Below are positions 46,391-56,447 of a stretch of 64,000 nt of DNA, piece after piece. Numbering within the stretch: the stretch's first letter is position 1; each line of letters begins with the position of its first letter. The DNA is from a virus, in the IMG/VR virus record IMGVR_UViG_3300025648_000012, positions 64,001-128,000 of that record; one strand, given 5' to 3'. The notes under the pieces were generated by a model. It saw only the letters and a list, made by a program, of their open reading frames with translations. It did not search any database and was not told the origin of the DNA. Made by a program: the position numbers and the translations under genes.

Positions 46391-47362
46391 ATGGCTAATG
46401 CAACATTACTTCCAATAGACTTTATTACCGCAGGAATTTCACCAACTCTTTCTGTAACTTCTAAAGATGAACCAGAATACCTTAAAGGGTGGGTGGATTC
46501 AAACTTGGTAGTTGCAGCCAATGAAGTTGCAGGCGGTGGCGGCCTTCCAACTTGGTGGACTAAGCTTAGCGACGAAGAGCAAGAATCCTATTTGGAAGAA
46601 CATCCTAATTCCAAATATGCGGATGCAGCGAAATCTCATATTGAGCGACGTAAAGCTGCATCCGTAGTAGCTCCATTAACTCCAGAGCAAAAGTCAGAAG
46701 GTAATAGAGTAGTTAAGTTTCTAAAGACTAAAAAGCAGCATTTGGTTATAGCGGCTAAAGCTCATGCTCTAGAATGGAAACATGCGGGTGGTGCTGTTTC
46801 TAGACTAACTACTGGTAAGCCTTTAGAAGACCACCACAAGGAAGCATTAACTGCAGTCGGTACTGATTTAGCACGCCTTATTATGGCAACAGCTAGCGGT
46901 GGAAAGTCAGAAGTGGCTAAGCTTTTGGGTGAAGGACTGGCTGATCTATGTAAGGACACCTTTATTAAAGTAGCGTTGGGAACTGCAGTTGGACTCAATC
47001 CTTCTTCGCATAGAACAACTTCTGGCTACTTAATGTTAACGTCAAGAGAAAATAAAAACTCAATGGAATCCATTAGCAAAGAACAACTTGAAAGAATAAC
47101 AGAAAAAACAATTCTTCTTGTCTTAGAAGAGTTAGAAAAGAAATTTAAGGAGGATACTCCTAAGGAAGTTAAGAAAGCTTTAGAAAAAACAACCAATAAG
47201 GCTTTAGTGGTTAAGGCTAAGATTGATATGAGCGAAGAAGTTGCAGGTGCTGGTCTTTGTCCTGAGTGCCGTAAGCCAATGGGGACAACACTGGTTGGAG
47301 GGCATGAAATGCTGGTTTGCTATACGGATAGAATTACGTTACCTAAACCAGACGGGTGTTAA
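46391..47362 (+). CDS. Hypothetical protein with an HPNSK motif and a C-terminal Zn ribbon
   Basis: WWTKLSDEEQESYLEEHPNSK and CPEC...C. Confidence 0.65.
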   Translation: MANATLLPIDFITAGISPTLSVTSKDEPEYLKGWVDSNLVVAANEVAGGGGLPTWWTKLSDEEQESYLEEHPNSKYADAAKSHIERRKAASVVAPLTPEQKSEGNRVVKFLKTKKQHLVIAAKAHALEWKHAGGAVSRLTTGKPLEDHHKEALTAVGTDLARLIMATASGGKSEVAKLLGEGLADLCKDTFIKVALGTAVGLNPSSHRTTSGYLMLTSRENKNSMESISKEQLERITEKTILLVLEELEKKFKEDTPKEVKKALEKTTNKALVVKAKIDMSEEVAGAGLCPECRKPMGTTLVGGHEMLVCYTDRITLPKPDGC

Positions 47363-47363
47363 G

Positions 47364-47936
47364 TTGGGAATTAAAAAAACAAAACCCAGTAGAGCTTTAG
47401 TTAAGGTTAGTAAACGAGAACCTAAAAAGTTAAGCAAAAAGCTATCTAAAGTTAGTGAAAAGTTATCTTCTATATTGGGGGATAGCTCGGAAAACATATT
47501 AGGTTTGCTTGAAGCTAACAATTCTGAGTCGGCATCAAACTTAATACTAACAAAACTGATGCAGTCTTTAGTTGATACAATCCCCTATGCTGAAAATAAT
47601 GTAAGAAAAACTCGGGGTCAAAAGGGAGTTTATCAGTTAAATTCGTTAGTTCAATCCTTGCGAGAACTAATGATTGATATGCAAGCAGTGAGGGACAAGG
47701 GACTACTTGGTGAACGCCTAGTTGAAAAAATTATTAGACCAGCTTTTATGGACATAGGTAAAACTTTGGTTGAAGAAGATGATAGAATGTACCGAGAATT
47801 AAGAGACCAGTTTGATTCAGAAGCAGTAACAGCAATTCGTAAACTTCAAAAAGAGTCGATTGCAAGAATTGCTGAGTTTATGAACCGTCAATATAGTGAA
47901 GTTAAAGAAGGTACTATTGCCTTCATTCAAAACTAA
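47364..47936 (+). CDS. Hypothetical helical protein
   Basis: TTG start just after the upstream stop. Coiled-coil composition. Confidence 0.6.
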   Translation: MGIKKTKPSRALVKVSKREPKKLSKKLSKVSEKLSSILGDSSENILGLLEANNSESASNLILTKLMQSLVDTIPYAENNVRKTRGQKGVYQLNSLVQSLRELMIDMQAVRDKGLLGERLVEKIIRPAFMDIGKTLVEEDDRMYRELRDQFDSEAVTAIRKLQKESIARIAEFMNRQYSEVKEGTIAFIQN

Positions 47937-47944
47937 GGCGTAAA

Positions 47945-48544
47945 ATGAAGTTAACTCATTGGCTTAAAAGTTCAAAAATAGCAGAAGAAAAAGTTTCAGA
48001 TAATTCTCCAATCTATGTATACCGAGAATTGCTTAATGTGGATCAATTGTCGGTGTGGGCTAAACAGCAAGGATTCTCTACTCTCTGTCAAAACTTGCAC
48101 ACTACAGTTGCTTGCTCTAAGACTCCAGTTTCTTGGAAAAGTATTAAGTTAGACAAAGACCAGGTATGGGTTACGTCTTCCATTGTTTCTCAATCTCTTA
48201 ATTGTTCTCTAGTTATTTTAGACGACTTAGTATTAGAGGAAAGACAAAAGGAGTTTGCGAAACTTGGAGTAGAAGACTACGGGACTTCCATGACACTGTC
48301 CTTAGAGACAAAAGCACAAGGAGCAGTTCTTCCATTTGCCTTAAAATTTGGAGGAGAAAAAGTTCGCTCATATACTATTGTACCTGCAGAACACCTTAAT
48401 GCTTTTACTGAATTAGTTGGAGTTAAGCCTAGATTAAGTCATTGGTTCAAAACTTTAACCCAAGAACAAAAAGATGAATACTTAAAAACCCATCCAAACT
48501 CGAAGCTTTCTGTTTGGAACTTGCACTCCAAAGATGCAAAGTAA
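47945..48544 (+). CDS. Acb1/gp57B-like 2H phosphoesterase, second His motif degenerate, with a C-terminal HPNSK motif
   Basis: YVYRELLN...WAKQQGF.....LHTTVACSKTPVSW, then DYGTSMTLS where HxT/S is expected, then LKFGGE. Confidence 0.65.
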   Translation: MKLTHWLKSSKIAEEKVSDNSPIYVYRELLNVDQLSVWAKQQGFSTLCQNLHTTVACSKTPVSWKSIKLDKDQVWVTSSIVSQSLNCSLVILDDLVLEERQKEFAKLGVEDYGTSMTLSLETKAQGAVLPFALKFGGEKVRSYTIVPAEHLNAFTELVGVKPRLSHWFKTLTQEQKDEYLKTHPNSKLSVWNLHSKDAK

Positions 48545-48986
48545 ACGGCTAGTAAGAGCAGAAGTTGCACCGTTTATTGTTAACCGGTTAAAGAAACAAT
48601 TCACTAAAAAGAAAATGGCTGTTTTTAGTGAATTGGGATTAAACAAAAGGGGTAGATTACGGGCAGATATACTTGCGTTATCCATGTCCTCAATCATAAC
48701 AATAGTGGAAGTAAAAAGTAGTGAAGCTGACTTTAAGGCGGATAATAAATGGGAACTCTACTTACCATTTTGTAACCGTTTTTACTTTGCTGTACCAGAA
48801 GGCCTTAAACTTAATGTACCCAAGGGAATTGGAATAATTGCGGTGAATACTACTGGGAAAATGAGAGTAATTCAAAAATGCAAGTTTCGCTCAATAAAGA
48901 GCGAAGAAGTCAAGCAAAACATCTTAGTTAGATGTGCATTTAGAAACTCAGATAACAACACGAGAAAAAATAAAGGCAATAGTTAA
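48534..48986 (+). CDS. MmcB-like PD-(D/E)xK nuclease
   Basis: RADILAL...IVEVKSSEADFKADNKW..YLPFCNRFYFAVP. Confidence 0.85.
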   Translation: MQSKRLVRAEVAPFIVNRLKKQFTKKKMAVFSELGLNKRGRLRADILALSMSSIITIVEVKSSEADFKADNKWELYLPFCNRFYFAVPEGLKLNVPKGIGIIAVNTTGKMRVIQKCKFRSIKSEEVKQNILVRCAFRNSDNNTRKNKGNS

Positions 48987-48998
48987 TAGGAAAATACA

Positions 48999-50642
48999 AT
49001 GTTCCTTTCAGCAAATACAGTATTCAAAAGTTCAGGTCAACCTGCCAAGTTAAATTCTAAAATAAATGCTTCTGTCTTTGCTCAGCCGTTTATGGGCAAT
49101 CCTTACCAGTATTTTCTTACTGGTATTATAAACCAGCAGCCTGACATAGATGATACTTTGCAAACTATGCTGTTGCTACGGGATATTTATCAAAATGATA
49201 ATATCGCTGGGTCTGCAGTTGATATGATATCGTCCTTTCCTTTTTCTGATTATGAATTGCGTGGATTAAAGGATAGTGAATTAGAGATTTTTAAGCAGTC
49301 ATTAGCGCAGATTGATATAGTAGGGTTGTTAGCTAAAGTTAGCTTAGCCTATATGGTTGATGGATTTTACTGTGGAACCTTATTACTCTCTAAAGATCAA
49401 AAACTGGTTCAGGATATTATGACGCATGATGCTCTTCAATGCAACATACGGGCAAACATGCTTCAAGCTTCTGACCCAGTTATTCACGTTACAACAAACC
49501 AAGATATTCTTGCTTTTTTAAATGCAAATACGGAGTACTCAAAGGCCGTAACGGAAAGGTGGCCCTTAACTCTTAAAAATGCCTTGCTATCGGGTCAAAT
49601 GATTCTTGACCCATTATCTACTGTGTATGTACCTAGGTCAGGCTTAACCAACAAACCCTTTCAGTCTTTTTTACAAAGAATTTTACCAATGTATTTATTG
49701 GAAAAAGCACTTTATAAAGGTACCTATACTGAAGCGGTAAGAAGACAAAGGTCTACTACGCATATTCAAATGGGAGATGATATTTGGACTCCAACTGATG
49801 CAGAACTAGCAGCAACTGTTAATTTGTTTATGGAGTCAGAAAGAGACCCGCTTGGTGGTTGGGTAGTTACACGGAATGGGGTTAACGTTTCTGAAATAAA
49901 GCCAGGTGGAGAATTTTGGAAATGGACGGAATTAAGTGACACTTTAACTCCCTACAAACTTCGAGCTTTAGGAATTTCAGAAGCCTTCCTATCTGGTGAC
50001 GCTTCCTTTGCTTCGGCTGAAAGTGCATTTTCCGTTTTTCTCGAGACATGCAATTCGCATAGAATGGAAATGACTCGCAATGTAATTACAAATAAAATTT
50101 TTCCTCTAATAGCGTTAACTAATGATTTAGTTAAAGATGGCAAGCATTTGAACACCTCAAAGGTATCCGCAGTAGAGCTACTAACAGACGTACGGGTTAA
50201 AGGACAATTAAAAATACCAGAAATTCATTGGCATAAACAGTTAACCTCAAAATCAGAAGAGTCGTCTTTTGATATGCTAGAAAAGCTGAGCGAAAAAGGT
50301 GTACCAATAGCCATTAAAACTTGGGCGGCAGCTGCTGGGTATGATATAGACACCCTTATAAAAGATTCAATTGACAATCAAGAATATAAAGCTAGATTTG
50401 CAAAACTTGGAATTGGAAACAATAACGAAGAGGAGCCACTTTCGACAGAGGCTTCCTTGAAAAAAGTGGGAGTACTAAATAGAGATTGGAATGTAGAAGA
50501 GTCAAAAACTCCTAAGAATTTCGATGTGATGCTATCCTCCATTGCATCAAAAATGAACGGGGACCCTGAATATAGGGCTAAAGTAAGAAAATCAAATATG
50601 GAAAAGTTTGGATACTTCAAACTTAATTCAACCAATGTTTAG
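48999..50642 (+). CDS. Portal protein
   Basis: 547 aa. RDIYQND.IAGSAVD...FPFSDY and LRALGISEAFLSGDASFASA. Near terL. Confidence 0.75.
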   Translation: MFLSANTVFKSSGQPAKLNSKINASVFAQPFMGNPYQYFLTGIINQQPDIDDTLQTMLLLRDIYQNDNIAGSAVDMISSFPFSDYELRGLKDSELEIFKQSLAQIDIVGLLAKVSLAYMVDGFYCGTLLLSKDQKLVQDIMTHDALQCNIRANMLQASDPVIHVTTNQDILAFLNANTEYSKAVTERWPLTLKNALLSGQMILDPLSTVYVPRSGLTNKPFQSFLQRILPMYLLEKALYKGTYTEAVRRQRSTTHIQMGDDIWTPTDAELAATVNLFMESERDPLGGWVVTRNGVNVSEIKPGGEFWKWTELSDTLTPYKLRALGISEAFLSGDASFASAESAFSVFLETCNSHRMEMTRNVITNKIFPLIALTNDLVKDGKHLNTSKVSAVELLTDVRVKGQLKIPEIHWHKQLTSKSEESSFDMLEKLSEKGVPIAIKTWAAAAGYDIDTLIKDSIDNQEYKARFAKLGIGNNNEEEPLSTEASLKKVGVLNRDWNVEESKTPKNFDVMLSSIASKMNGDPEYRAKVRKSNMEKFGYFKLNSTNV

Positions 50643-51141
50643 TGTAACTGCAAAGCCTTGTGAGTTTTGGGTTTACAAAGGAAAAACACCAATAGTAGTT
50701 TCCTCAATGGAAATCACTCAAGGAACAGTATTTGGACTACTTACCGAGGATTTCGGTAAGATGGTTTTTCCTTCAAATATGAACAAGGAGTATTTAGTTA
50801 GTGCTGACACAATTAAAAACCTTCTAAAAGGAAACACGAAAATGGCTAAGGGCAAGTTAACAGCTCATTACGTATCAACTGAAAAAGAAAGAGTGGAATC
50901 TCTAATTAAAGATGAGCAGTTTTACAAGTTTTGGATTTACACTGGTAAAAAGCCTATGAGTTTTAATTACCGTGGAACTAACTACAGACTAGAACCAGGT
51001 GACCAGTTTGGTGTTAGAGAGTCCGCAGATAAAAAGAAGATTCGTTTTATACTTGGAGAAGATGTAAATAGAGTATTTACCATTGAACATTCAGCTCTAG
51101 TTACACTTTCTAAAAACTCTAAACCGGCAAGAAGGGTTTAA
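50635..51141 (+). CDS. Hypothetical protein with an internal domain duplication
   Basis: FWVYKGKTP...GTVFG and FWIYTGKKP...GDQFG. Confidence 0.6.
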   Translation: MFSVTAKPCEFWVYKGKTPIVVSSMEITQGTVFGLLTEDFGKMVFPSNMNKEYLVSADTIKNLLKGNTKMAKGKLTAHYVSTEKERVESLIKDEQFYKFWIYTGKKPMSFNYRGTNYRLEPGDQFGVRESADKKKIRFILGEDVNRVFTIEHSALVTLSKNSKPARRV

Positions 51142-51170
51142 TAGCACAGTTAAAAGCAACAGGAGGAGTA

Positions 51171-51626
51171 ATGTTTGACTCGATGAGTAACGAAGACGAA
51201 GATACTCGAGATTATCCAGTAGTTGCCTTTGGGTTTAAGGGGGATATTCCAATAGGAGCTATTTCTCAAGACATGCTTATACTTCATAATGAATATAAAA
51301 ATATGAAGTGCGCGCAGGACGATGCCGTAGACCATCTTGCTTCCGCTACGGGCATTCCTATTGTTGATGAAAAACCAAACGTAATACTATTCTACAAAAC
51401 AGAAAAGGGTCAAGAAATTCCTAAGTATGCGACTCCTTGCGAAGTAATTGTACGGGAATTAGTAACAGAAGACCCTCCTCAAGGGGTTGTACCTCCTGAT
51501 ATGAAAACTTTAAATCCAAATAGACATTCCTGGAGGTGGGGTCCTAACCTTACGGAAATGTACTTAAACAGAAAAGCTCCTACAGGAGCTCCAATAATTG
51601 ACCCGAGGTTGTACCACTTGTATTAA
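51171..51626 (+). CDS. Hypothetical protein
   Basis: 151-aa ORF with an AGGAGG RBS. Confidence 0.65.
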   Translation: MFDSMSNEDEDTRDYPVVAFGFKGDIPIGAISQDMLILHNEYKNMKCAQDDAVDHLASATGIPIVDEKPNVILFYKTEKGQEIPKYATPCEVIVRELVTEDPPQGVVPPDMKTLNPNRHSWRWGPNLTEMYLNRKAPTGAPIIDPRLYHLY

Positions 51627-51642
51627 GTTTAGGAGAACATTC

Positions 51643-52527
51643 ATGGCCTTAAAAAGACCCACCATTAAAAATCTACAAACAACTAATAAACCGTTAGTCC
51701 ATAGCGAAATTGTTAATCCTCTTAGAAAGAAAGAGGCTAAACTAGAAGCAGTTCCATTACCTCACCCAAAGAATACTAGCGAACCTTTGGCAATAGGTAT
51801 AGGAATGCCTTCTAGGTTTTACTTCTATGAGTTTAAGGACTTATTCATTACACCCTTCAAAACCAAGCATTTAGCCAAACTTAACCATGTAAATGAAACT
51901 GGTGATTTACGGTCATTGTGTGAGACAATTTCTTCAATTTTGTCTACATCCTCTGGAGAGCAAAATTTAGGCTTTAAGCTAAACCTTGGAGACTTTGCGT
52001 ATGTTCTTCATAGACAGTATCAAGATCATTTTAAGGGAACCCCATTAACTGTAACTGCATATTGTGAAAATGAAGATCATATTGCAGAAGTAGAAGCTTT
52101 ACGCAAACCTAAGGATTCTTTGGTAAACAAAGTTACTTACGCTTCATCTGCTATTAAAATCGTTGAGTTGCTAGAAGCACCACCTCCCCTCTTAATAAAG
52201 GGGAACCGGGTTAGACCACCGACTCTATCAGATATGCTTTGGATGTCTGATGACCCAACGTTACTCACTAATAATGAATTTTTGTACTTGGTAGGAATTG
52301 CAAGCTACCTTGAAGTTTTAAGCCCGGGAAGTAAAGAAGAAATCCCAATTATGGATAAGGTTAAGTACGTAGAAGAAACACTGGAAGATGTGGACGTATA
52401 CGCTATTGACGCTTACCGGGAAAATGCTCCAAAATTTGGAGTTGAAGAATCTGTCAAAACTAACTGTGTAGGGTGCGGCGCATCAATGGAGATTAACTTT
52501 TCCATTGATGCGTCCACGTTTTTGTAA
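51643..52527 (+). CDS. T4 gp26-like baseplate hub / tail assembly chaperone
   Basis: MPSRFYFY, LGDFAYVL, RVRPPTL, C-terminal CVGCG. AGGAG RBS. Confidence 0.6.
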   Translation: MALKRPTIKNLQTTNKPLVHSEIVNPLRKKEAKLEAVPLPHPKNTSEPLAIGIGMPSRFYFYEFKDLFITPFKTKHLAKLNHVNETGDLRSLCETISSILSTSSGEQNLGFKLNLGDFAYVLHRQYQDHFKGTPLTVTAYCENEDHIAEVEALRKPKDSLVNKVTYASSAIKIVELLEAPPPLLIKGNRVRPPTLSDMLWMSDDPTLLTNNEFLYLVGIASYLEVLSPGSKEEIPIMDKVKYVEETLEDVDVYAIDAYRENAPKFGVEESVKTNCVGCGASMEINFSIDASTFL

Positions 52528-52708
52528 GAGGTTTATTCCACCGTTTCCTTTAGAATCAAGATTACAAGCAAAGCAGGCAATAATGACATATTACCAATGG
52601 TCAGAAGAAATGCCTCTACAAGAAATGTATTTTCACCTTACTACTATTTCAAAAATTCGGGAAACAAAGAGAAAGGCTTTAGCTGAAGGTAATGTTTTCA
52701 TTGAGTGA
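52505..52708 (+). CDS. Small tail-assembly partner ORF
   Basis: Overlaps the gp26-like end and lies directly before the tape-measure-like gene. Confidence 0.45.
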   Translation: MMRPRFCKRFIPPFPLESRLQAKQAIMTYYQWSEEMPLQEMYFHLTTISKIRETKRKALAEGNVFIE

Positions 52709-52764
52709 TATTCCATTCATTGAGTGATATTCATTGAGTAATTGAGTAAACTATCAAAGGAAAA

Positions 52765-55014
52765 ATGAAAGTAAAAAAGAGAGTTGGCGTTAAATCTAAA
52801 TTTACTACAAGTAATGCTTTAGTAAGAGCAAAGCAGAAGCAAGCTATGGCAAAATTTGATGCTATAGAGAGCACTGCTCAACTTAAAGTTCTAAACTCCA
52901 GCCTGCTCAATGCAGGCATTGCTACACCTTCGATTGCTATTTCTGAGGCCAACTTAAGAGCGCAAATCGCAGTAAAACGAAAAGTCATAACAAATAAAAG
53001 CATTTTAGAGAACAAGAAGGCTAAGATTGAGTCCATTGAGCATGCAAAAGAGCAGGAAAAGGTAGCTAAAAATGAGACTTTAAGGCTCAAGCAAAATTCT
53101 GTGAATAGTCTAAAGGACAGGCTTATTCAACAGAAAGAAAAAGAAGTAGAGAGCCTTGAGTCTAATCTTTTACTACCAAAGTTTTCGGAATTTGTCGAGG
53201 AAACTCAAGAGAACGCTAAAGTCGCAAGTGCCTTAGTAGCTTCAAAAAATGTCCATTCAGAAATACACGATACTAAACTCAAAATAAAGAGAAAGAAAAA
53301 AGAGGGAGTTGAAGCAAGGGAGCGAGCTGCTGGCACTGCAATGGTAGTGGCTACTCCTTTAAGTACAGATACTTTCGGTGAATTTCTATTAAAGAAAAAG
53401 AGAGAAGGAATTTCAAGCCAAATAGCTGATATTCTAAATAAGGCTAAGGATAGAATTCTTACTAAAAAAGAAGCAGAAAAAGTAGAAGAACTATCTGAAA
53501 ACGTAGAATTATCAGACTCTATGGAAAAGGCAGTGATGTCTGCCTTAAGAAAGTTCCATAAAAAACAAAAGCATAAAGTAGAAGGAGCGGGTAAAGCAGG
53601 AGTTGATTATGCCGCTAATTTAATTACACGTAAAGTCAAGAGTGTAGCAGGTACTGTTGCCAACATTGCGGGAACTATGGTTCCTGTTGGTAAAGTTTTC
53701 GATGCTTGGCAGTTTGCCCATAACAAAGTAGGCGATTTTTCAAGCACAAAATACGGTAAATTTATTGATAAGCGGCTTTCGAACCCAAATAGAAGCGACA
53801 TAAGTAGAGCAGCTTGGCACTCCATAGATAATGCACTTAGAACCTTTGGAAACACTGTTAAAACTTTACCAACTACCATAAAAAATGCGTTAATGAATTT
53901 GCCTTCACTGCTATTTAAGGGAATAGCTAAAACTCTTGGAGGTATGTTCAAAGGTATTACTAAACTTGGAAGTTTTGCATTTTCAAAAATACGGGGAGCT
54001 CTATCGTTTCTTGGAAGTAGCTCAGGTTTGCAAGATTTAGCAGCAATGGCTCTACTTTGGCCTACATTTATTAGCCCGTTAATCTCCACCATTAAAAAGC
54101 AATTAGAAGATACTTATGGGGAACATTGGATAAGTGATTTTCTAAGTAAAACTTGGTATTCTGGTATGGACTTTCTTGTTGATAAAGTTCGAGATGCTTT
54201 TGGCCTAAGTTCCTTAGCGGATGCCAAGAAAAATGACCTAAACGATCTGTACGAAAGAGTTTCTACTAAGCCTCTAAGAAAAGGAGCTGGTGGAACTGTA
54301 GACATGCAAAATGCAGTTAGGGATTATGAAGAATATTCTGGAGAAAAAGCTGCAGGCAACACTCTCAAAGAAAAGTACAACTATATTTTAGAAAAAGCCA
54401 AGCAGAGTACTTGGAAACCAGGTAAAGCTGGTGGAGTGGAAGAACCTTTAAGAAACCCACTTGGTTACACGGACACCGTTCCTTCAACTGACTTAGACTC
54501 TACTCTACCTACTTCTTTAACAGGGGATGTTACTAAAGGCCCGTTAAACCCATCCTCCTTCTTTTCAGATTTATTCTCAAAGGGTACAGTAAAAGGTGGA
54601 GGTAAGGGGCTAATTGGAAACTCAAAATATCCTGTACTAAATGTCTCACCCCCGGGAACTGCCCCTGTTCCTTTAGTAAAGACTGCACCAGAAAGTTTAC
54701 AACCCTCTACTCCAGGGTCCGTACCTGTATCCTCTTATACTTCGTCTACTCCTCCATCTCTAAACGTTTACCCAAGTGGAGTGGCTACAGTACCAGTTAA
54801 TAAAGTAATGGCTCAACCAATGAGTGGAGCAGGAGGAGTTGGGGCTACGGGAGATATGAATAGCATGAACCCGGAACTGATGACGTCTCCGATTGCTCCT
54901 TTAGAAAAGCAGCAGTATTCAGCAAAGCCTTTAACTGCAGGAGGAATTAAAACTTTTGACTGTAGTCCAGAATACCACATGCTAAATGCCTGCTTAATTG
55001 GTCAACATCTATGA
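52765..55014 (+). CDS. Tape-measure-like tail protein
   Basis: Coiled-coil N-terminus, G/A/hydrophobic amphipathic middle, Pro/Ser-rich C-terminus, position in the tail module. Confidence 0.55.
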   Translation: MKVKKRVGVKSKFTTSNALVRAKQKQAMAKFDAIESTAQLKVLNSSLLNAGIATPSIAISEANLRAQIAVKRKVITNKSILENKKAKIESIEHAKEQEKVAKNETLRLKQNSVNSLKDRLIQQKEKEVESLESNLLLPKFSEFVEETQENAKVASALVASKNVHSEIHDTKLKIKRKKKEGVEARERAAGTAMVVATPLSTDTFGEFLLKKKREGISSQIADILNKAKDRILTKKEAEKVEELSENVELSDSMEKAVMSALRKFHKKQKHKVEGAGKAGVDYAANLITRKVKSVAGTVANIAGTMVPVGKVFDAWQFAHNKVGDFSSTKYGKFIDKRLSNPNRSDISRAAWHSIDNALRTFGNTVKTLPTTIKNALMNLPSLLFKGIAKTLGGMFKGITKLGSFAFSKIRGALSFLGSSSGLQDLAAMALLWPTFISPLISTIKKQLEDTYGEHWISDFLSKTWYSGMDFLVDKVRDAFGLSSLADAKKNDLNDLYERVSTKPLRKGAGGTVDMQNAVRDYEEYSGEKAAGNTLKEKYNYILEKAKQSTWKPGKAGGVEEPLRNPLGYTDTVPSTDLDSTLPTSLTGDVTKGPLNPSSFFSDLFSKGTVKGGGKGLIGNSKYPVLNVSPPGTAPVPLVKTAPESLQPSTPGSVPVSSYTSSTPPSLNVYPSGVATVPVNKVMAQPMSGAGGVGATGDMNSMNPELMTSPIAPLEKQQYSAKPLTAGGIKTFDCSPEYHMLNACLIGQHL

Positions 55015-56432
55015 TATCTAAAGAGTTAATTGAAAAGGGAACAAAAACAGCGGAATACACAGTTAATTCCCTCGTTACCTTTGGATTCATTCAAGAATGC
55101 AAAGACGTGTTAACTGGAAAAAAGCCAAATGTACTTAATTATTCTAATCTTATTACCTCAACAGTAACCAAGTATAAAAGGTTTATTGAGAATTCCAAAG
55201 AGGTAGAAACTTCAGTATTTAAGGAAATGTCAAAAGCTGTAAAAACCGTTCTTACTAACCTATTTGGAAATATGATAACTAGAATATGGTCTTTTATTCG
55301 AGACGTTATATTTGATGTGGGGTCAGTTTTTGTAACGAGTTTTTTTAAAATATCAAGGTTTTTAGTAGAAACTGCAATAAAAGTAAGCAGACATTTGCTG
55401 GTACTTTTAGTAGAGAACCCTATAGCAGCTGGAGCATTAGCCGCAGCTTTGGGAGTTGCCTACCTTCTGTATAAAAAACCTTGGAGAATGAAAAAAGAAG
55501 AAACTGTTGAAGCGCAACAGCCCGTAGAAAGTGAAATAAAAAACTGGGAACAGGCAGCAAAACCTACAACGAAAGAAGGAACCAAAAAATTTGGTATTGA
55601 GTATGAAGAAGCTCATAAATCTTGGAAAGAATCTTTAGAAACTAAAGGTCAACAAGAAAGAGACATAGTATGGGCAGCTAAAGTAGTTGGAGTGGATAAA
55701 GGTTTGCTTTTAAGAATAGCAAAAGCAGAATCATTGGGAACAACTGGAACTAACGCTAAAAACCCATTATCATCTGCGCGTGGCTTATTCCAATTTTTAA
55801 CTTCTGACTTTACTGATAAAGATGGAAAATACCACGAATCTACATGGACTACAGTAGTTAAAAAATACGGTAAAGACTTTAAGAAGTATGGGGGCTATGA
55901 GATAACTATGGAGAATCAAAATCCATACGATCCCAAACAGTCGTCTTTTCTTGCTGCTCACTTATTAAAAGAATGCAAAGAAAAATACCCATCATTAAAA
56001 AGCTCAACTGATTTTTATATGGTTTGGTTTTTAGGCCCTAGAGCAGAGCAATTCTTAAAACTGTTCCGTAAAAATCCAAATACTCCAAACGAAAGCTTTT
56101 TTAAGCCCCTTGAATTTGAGCAGAATCCTAGCATAATAAAGTATAAAGAAACATTGTGGCATGTCTACCACAAAATGCTCTTAAAGGTATCCGATGCCAA
56201 AGATACTCAATACGATAGGCAGGACTACGCTGAGGTAGAAGCACCCCTAGTTGTAACTCCAAAACCAGTAGCCTTAGTTACTACTCCAGCAGTAGCGCAA
56301 AATGAAAAAGTTGTTGCTTTTAATAGCAAAGAAACAACAAAGAAACAGTACTCATCACCTCCATCTGGTTCTGCTTCAATTTCACAGCCAGAAGTGTACC
56401 GAACTCAATTTGGCTTGTACTCCACCGGCTAA
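55011..56432 (+). CDS. Tail-associated lytic transglycosylase (SLT domain)
   Basis: LLRIAKAES...NAKNPLSSARGLFQF...TW...YDP, with a hydrophobic segment before the domain. Confidence 0.82.
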   Translation: MISKELIEKGTKTAEYTVNSLVTFGFIQECKDVLTGKKPNVLNYSNLITSTVTKYKRFIENSKEVETSVFKEMSKAVKTVLTNLFGNMITRIWSFIRDVIFDVGSVFVTSFFKISRFLVETAIKVSRHLLVLLVENPIAAGALAAALGVAYLLYKKPWRMKKEETVEAQQPVESEIKNWEQAAKPTTKEGTKKFGIEYEEAHKSWKESLETKGQQERDIVWAAKVVGVDKGLLLRIAKAESLGTTGTNAKNPLSSARGLFQFLTSDFTDKDGKYHESTWTTVVKKYGKDFKKYGGYEITMENQNPYDPKQSSFLAAHLLKECKEKYPSLKSSTDFYMVWFLGPRAEQFLKLFRKNPNTPNESFFKPLEFEQNPSIIKYKETLWHVYHKMLLKVSDAKDTQYDRQDYAEVEAPLVVTPKPVALVTTPAVAQNEKVVAFNSKETTKKQYSSPPSGSASISQPEVYRTQFGLYSTG

Positions 56433-56447
56433 AAGGATTGAAAAACC

